The notes under the pieces are model-generated. The model was not told the origin of the DNA. It ran no database searches and worked only from the letters and a program-made list of their open reading frames with translations. Positions 61,090-64,000 of a stretch of DNA of 64,000 nucleotides are shown here, piece by piece. The stretch is from assembly GCA_963422735.1 (NCBI GenBank), contig OY730476.1:1024001-1088000 (forward strand), in the 5' to 3' direction. The stretch comes from Candidatus Latescibacterota bacterium (GTDB lineage: Bacteria > Latescibacterota > UBA2968 > UBA8231). The stretch's first letter is position 1; every line of letters starts with the position of its first letter. The position numbers were made by a program, and so were the translations under genes.

Positions 61090-61305
61090 ATGAGTTCACC
61101 TACGTTGCGCTTTGAGTGCTCCAAATGCCATCACACCGCCTGCGAGACCGGCGAAATCCGTACCTCCGGTGGGTTTTGGTCCAAGATATTCGACGTGCAA
61201 AACCGCAAGCTGACAACCGTAACCTGCGAGCAGTGCCGCTACACCGAATTCTACGCAGCCGACAGCTCGCGCCTCGGCCACATCTTCGATCTCTTCACAG
61301 GCTAG
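61090..61305 (+). CDS. Zinc-ribbon protein (DUF2082-like)
   Basis: CSKC...SKIFDVQNRK...VTCEQCRYTEFY...IFDLF. Confidence 0.85.
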   Translation: MSSPTLRFECSKCHHTACETGEIRTSGGFWSKIFDVQNRKLTTVTCEQCRYTEFYAADSSRLGHIFDLFTG

Positions 61306-61314
61306 CGCTAGCGG

Positions 61315-62706
61315 TCAATCGTAATCCGGCCCGCCGACCGGCCCTAGCAGCGCGCGATTTTCCTCGGGTGTCTCCACTTCGTCGAGAAAGTCCGCTAGGG
61401 CTTGCTGCATCCGCTGTACCACCTCCGGATGTTCGCCGATCACATTCTGCTGCTGTTGAGGGTCGGCCTGCAGGTCGTACAGCTCGGGGGCGCCGCCGTA
61501 CTCGCCATACGTCAAGTAGGTCCAGCGTTCGTCCGTCACCGTCGGCCCGCCATTGCGGATAAAGGTCGAGCTGAAGGCGTACTGCCGCAGCGCCGCGGCC
61601 GATCCGGTCAGCAGCGGCACGAGCGAATACCCGTGCATCCCCAGATCGCTTTTTTTTACATCAACTAAAGCCATCAGCGTCGGCAGCAAATCCACGGATT
61701 GCGTCAATGCGCTCACCCGCCGGCCACCCGCGACGTCGGGGGCGGCAATCATCAGCGGGATGTGGCTGATCTCTTCGTACAGGGGCCAGACCCGCTCGTC
61801 CTCGGGGTGGATGTTGGATTTGCCTGTGCGGTTGTGCTCGCCGATGAACATGCCGTGATCTGACGTGAAGATCACCACGCTGTTGTCGAATAGCCCGATT
61901 TCCTCGATTTTGTCCACTACGTAGCCGATCCACTTGTTGACCAAATAAATCTCGGCCGCGTAGTGCGCTTGGAGGTTGGCCAACTCCTCTTTGGTATAGG
62001 CGGTCGCCGGGCCGTAGTTCGGGTGAATCATCGGCGGGCCATCGTACCCCGATGAGTCGTAGCGACCCACGAGATGTTCCGGCGGGTCCCACGGCTCGTG
62101 CGCGTCAAAGAAATCCACCCACAGCAAGAACGGCTCGCAGCCTCGGTTTTCCTCCAGCCAGCGACTCGCCGTCTGCGCCGTGCGCACGCAGAAGCGGTCC
62201 TCCTCCCAAGCCCAGTCGCGGTTGGTCCACGCATGCAGGGTCGCCAAGTTGCCAAAACGCGTCTTCGCCAGATGCGGATCGACGCGCGTCTTCGCCCCAG
62301 CCACCTCCATGCGCGGCGGCAAATTGCCCTTCAACAGCGGCTTATCTCCTTCCTGCCCCCGGATCCAATACGCCCCGTCAAATCCCCGGTCGAAATGGTG
62401 GACGCCCTTCATCAGATGCGGCGTGTCGCAGATAAGCTGGCTCTGGTAGCCGGCCGCACCGAAAATCGTGCTCAGCACCGGGATACCTAGGTCGAGGGGT
62501 TTCCAACCGTGGAAGGGGAAGCTGTAGCGACCAGTAAAGAGGTCAGTGCGGTTGGGAATGGTGGGGAAGCTCGACAAATAGTGCCGATCGAAGCACACTG
62601 CCCGCTCGGCAAAGCGATCGAGCGCCGCCGTGCCGATCCACGCATTGCCGTTGCACCCCAGATAGTCGTAGCGAAAGGTGTCGCTGACCAAGACGATGAT
62701 GTTCAT
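61315..62706 (-). CDS. Sulfatase-family (alkaline phosphatase superfamily) hydrolase with a TxPxR signature
   Basis: NIIVLVSDTFR.D, PTIPNRTDLFTG, FDAHEPWDPP, TSDHG, ELYDLQADP. Confidence 0.9.
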   Translation of the reverse strand: MNIIVLVSDTFRYDYLGCNGNAWIGTAALDRFAERAVCFDRHYLSSFPTIPNRTDLFTGRYSFPFHGWKPLDLGIPVLSTIFGAAGYQSQLICDTPHLMKGVHHFDRGFDGAYWIRGQEGDKPLLKGNLPPRMEVAGAKTRVDPHLAKTRFGNLATLHAWTNRDWAWEEDRFCVRTAQTASRWLEENRGCEPFLLWVDFFDAHEPWDPPEHLVGRYDSSGYDGPPMIHPNYGPATAYTKEELANLQAHYAAEIYLVNKWIGYVVDKIEEIGLFDNSVVIFTSDHGMFIGEHNRTGKSNIHPEDERVWPLYEEISHIPLMIAAPDVAGGRRVSALTQSVDLLPTLMALVDVKKSDLGMHGYSLVPLLTGSAAALRQYAFSSTFIRNGGPTVTDERWTYLTYGEYGGAPELYDLQADPQQQQNVIGEHPEVVQRMQQALADFLDEVETPEENRALLGPVGGPDYD

Positions 62707-62748
62707 AGGAAATCTGCTCCTTGTATTTTTATAGTCCAACGACGCGCC

Positions 62749-63642
62749 TCACTGCGCCAGCACCCGCCGCAACGCCCCCTCCAATTCGGGGTACGCGAAC
62801 TCGAAACCAGCCTCCAACAGCCGCGTCGGCCGCACCCGCTGGCTGGCCAGCAACCCTTCCTCGGCCAACTCGCCCAAGAGCAGCTTGGCCGCAAACGCCG
62901 GCAGCGGCAACAGCGTCGGCCGCCGCAACACGCGCCCCAACGTCCGCGTCAACTCGGCGTTGGTCACCGACTGCGGCGCGGTCAGGTTCACCGGTCCGTG
63001 TAACGCGTCGTTTCCCACGGCATAGCAAAGCGCCGCCACCGCGTCCTCCAAGCTAATCCAGCTAACGTACTGCCGCCCGTCGCCGACCTTGCCACCCACC
63101 CCGAGGCGAAAGGGCAACAGCATCTTGGCCAGTGCTCCGCCCCGACGACTCAGGACGATACCCAAGCGGGCCTGCACCACGCGGATACCAGCCGCGGTAG
63201 CCGCGGCGCTCGCCCCCTCCCAAGCTCGGCCTAACTCAGCCAAAAATCCCGCGCCGAGGTCGCTTCCTTCGTCCAGTTCCTCGGCGCACCGATTACCGTA
63301 AATGCCGATGGCCGACGCGCAGACCAGCACCTGCGGCGGCGCGGCCAATCCCGCTAAACGCGCAGCGAGTAGATGCGTCGTCTGCACCCGGCTCTGACGC
63401 AATTGCTCCTTGACGGGGACCGTCCAGCGCCCAGCGGCGATGTTACGGCCCCCCAAATGCACCGCCGCCTCGATCCCCTCCAACGCATCTGGATCCAATG
63501 CGCCGGCCTCTGGATCCCAGCGCAACTCCCCTTCCGCCGGCTGCCGCCGCACCAAGCGCACCACCTCATGCCCTTCGCGCTCCAGCCGGCTACAGAGCGC
63601 CGTACCCAGCAAGCCGCTGCTGCCTGCTACCAATATCTTCAC
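62749..63642 (-). CDS. TIGR01777-family (YfcH-like) NAD-dependent epimerase
   Basis: AGSSGLLG, RW....K.....SR, SAIGIYG, GDGRQYVSWI, GPVN..AP. Confidence 0.93.
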   Translation of the reverse strand: MKILVAGSSGLLGTALCSRLEREGHEVVRLVRRQPAEGELRWDPEAGALDPDALEGIEAAVHLGGRNIAAGRWTVPVKEQLRQSRVQTTHLLAARLAGLAAPPQVLVCASAIGIYGNRCAEELDEGSDLGAGFLAELGRAWEGASAAATAAGIRVVQARLGIVLSRRGGALAKMLLPFRLGVGGKVGDGRQYVSWISLEDAVAALCYAVGNDALHGPVNLTAPQSVTNAELTRTLGRVLRRPTLLPLPAFAAKLLLGELAEEGLLASQRVRPTRLLEAGFEFAYPELEGALRRVLAQ

Positions 63643-64000
63643 TCGCTACTCCTATTGAGAAAATCGAACAATTATTTGCTACTAAAACATCTCCCTGCGC
63701 TTGGCACAAGGCCGGCAGTCTGCGCCGGCCCTTTGGGGGCGGTATCGGCTCCACGCTCGTGCGCTTGACCCGGTCTTTTTCCCTTGTTTTTCTCTTATAA
63801 AAGCGAGTAGGCTATCCTGTCTGCCGGAATAGCATCGGATCCCATTACTCAGAAAATACGCATCAATCATGCCTGATGACTATGGGATCACCACTGCAAC
63901 TTGGGGCAACTCCAAGGGGCACGTTTTTACCCTATATGGTAAGCAAGCTAATGACACAGCCTTTTGACGCAGCGAACTGGCTCGGCCGGCTAGCAGCAGC

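Noticed and set aside
1-64000. CRISPR array, rRNA or prophage
   Set aside because: No regularly spaced repeats and no cas, rRNA or phage structural genes were recognised.

Overview
GC-rich bacterial chromosome segment. Taxonomy is inferred, not shown: FlgD-type C-terminal domains, four PhyH dioxygenases, GHL10-like proteins and the rplM-rpsI-rpsB-tsf order fit an FCB-group lineage such as Ca. Latescibacterota. Housekeeping blocks are cysK-yyaL, ssb, thiolase, tRNA-Ala, rplM-rpsI-rpsB-tsf-frr, ispDF-queA, pyrC, an rnhB-yraN fusion, hrcA-grpE-dnaJ-mrp-prmA-aroQ, glnA and hemC-cobA/hemD. They alternate with accessory patches (about 6.7-12.3 kb, 40.2-50.9 kb and 53.5-61.3 kb) full of small catabolic genes, toxin-antitoxin and PIN/NYN remnants, a type II R-M pair, an IS200 remnant and many internally deleted pseudogenes. 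The most unusual signal is that accessory gene blocks are repeatedly bracketed by short, slightly diverged copies of a neighbouring gene end. The 3' end of a 658-aa gene occurs three times (10127, 11356, 12328), the 3' end of a FlgD-domain gene twice (55568, 56964), and a promoter-bearing segment of about 115 bp two or three times (41056?, 41900, 43987). No integrase is present in the window. Also notable: a sigma54-type promoter before a tail-less SSB, a sulfatase-family protein with Thr at the formylglycine position, and abundant CTAG in core genes. All product calls rest on recognising motifs by eye; no database was searched.
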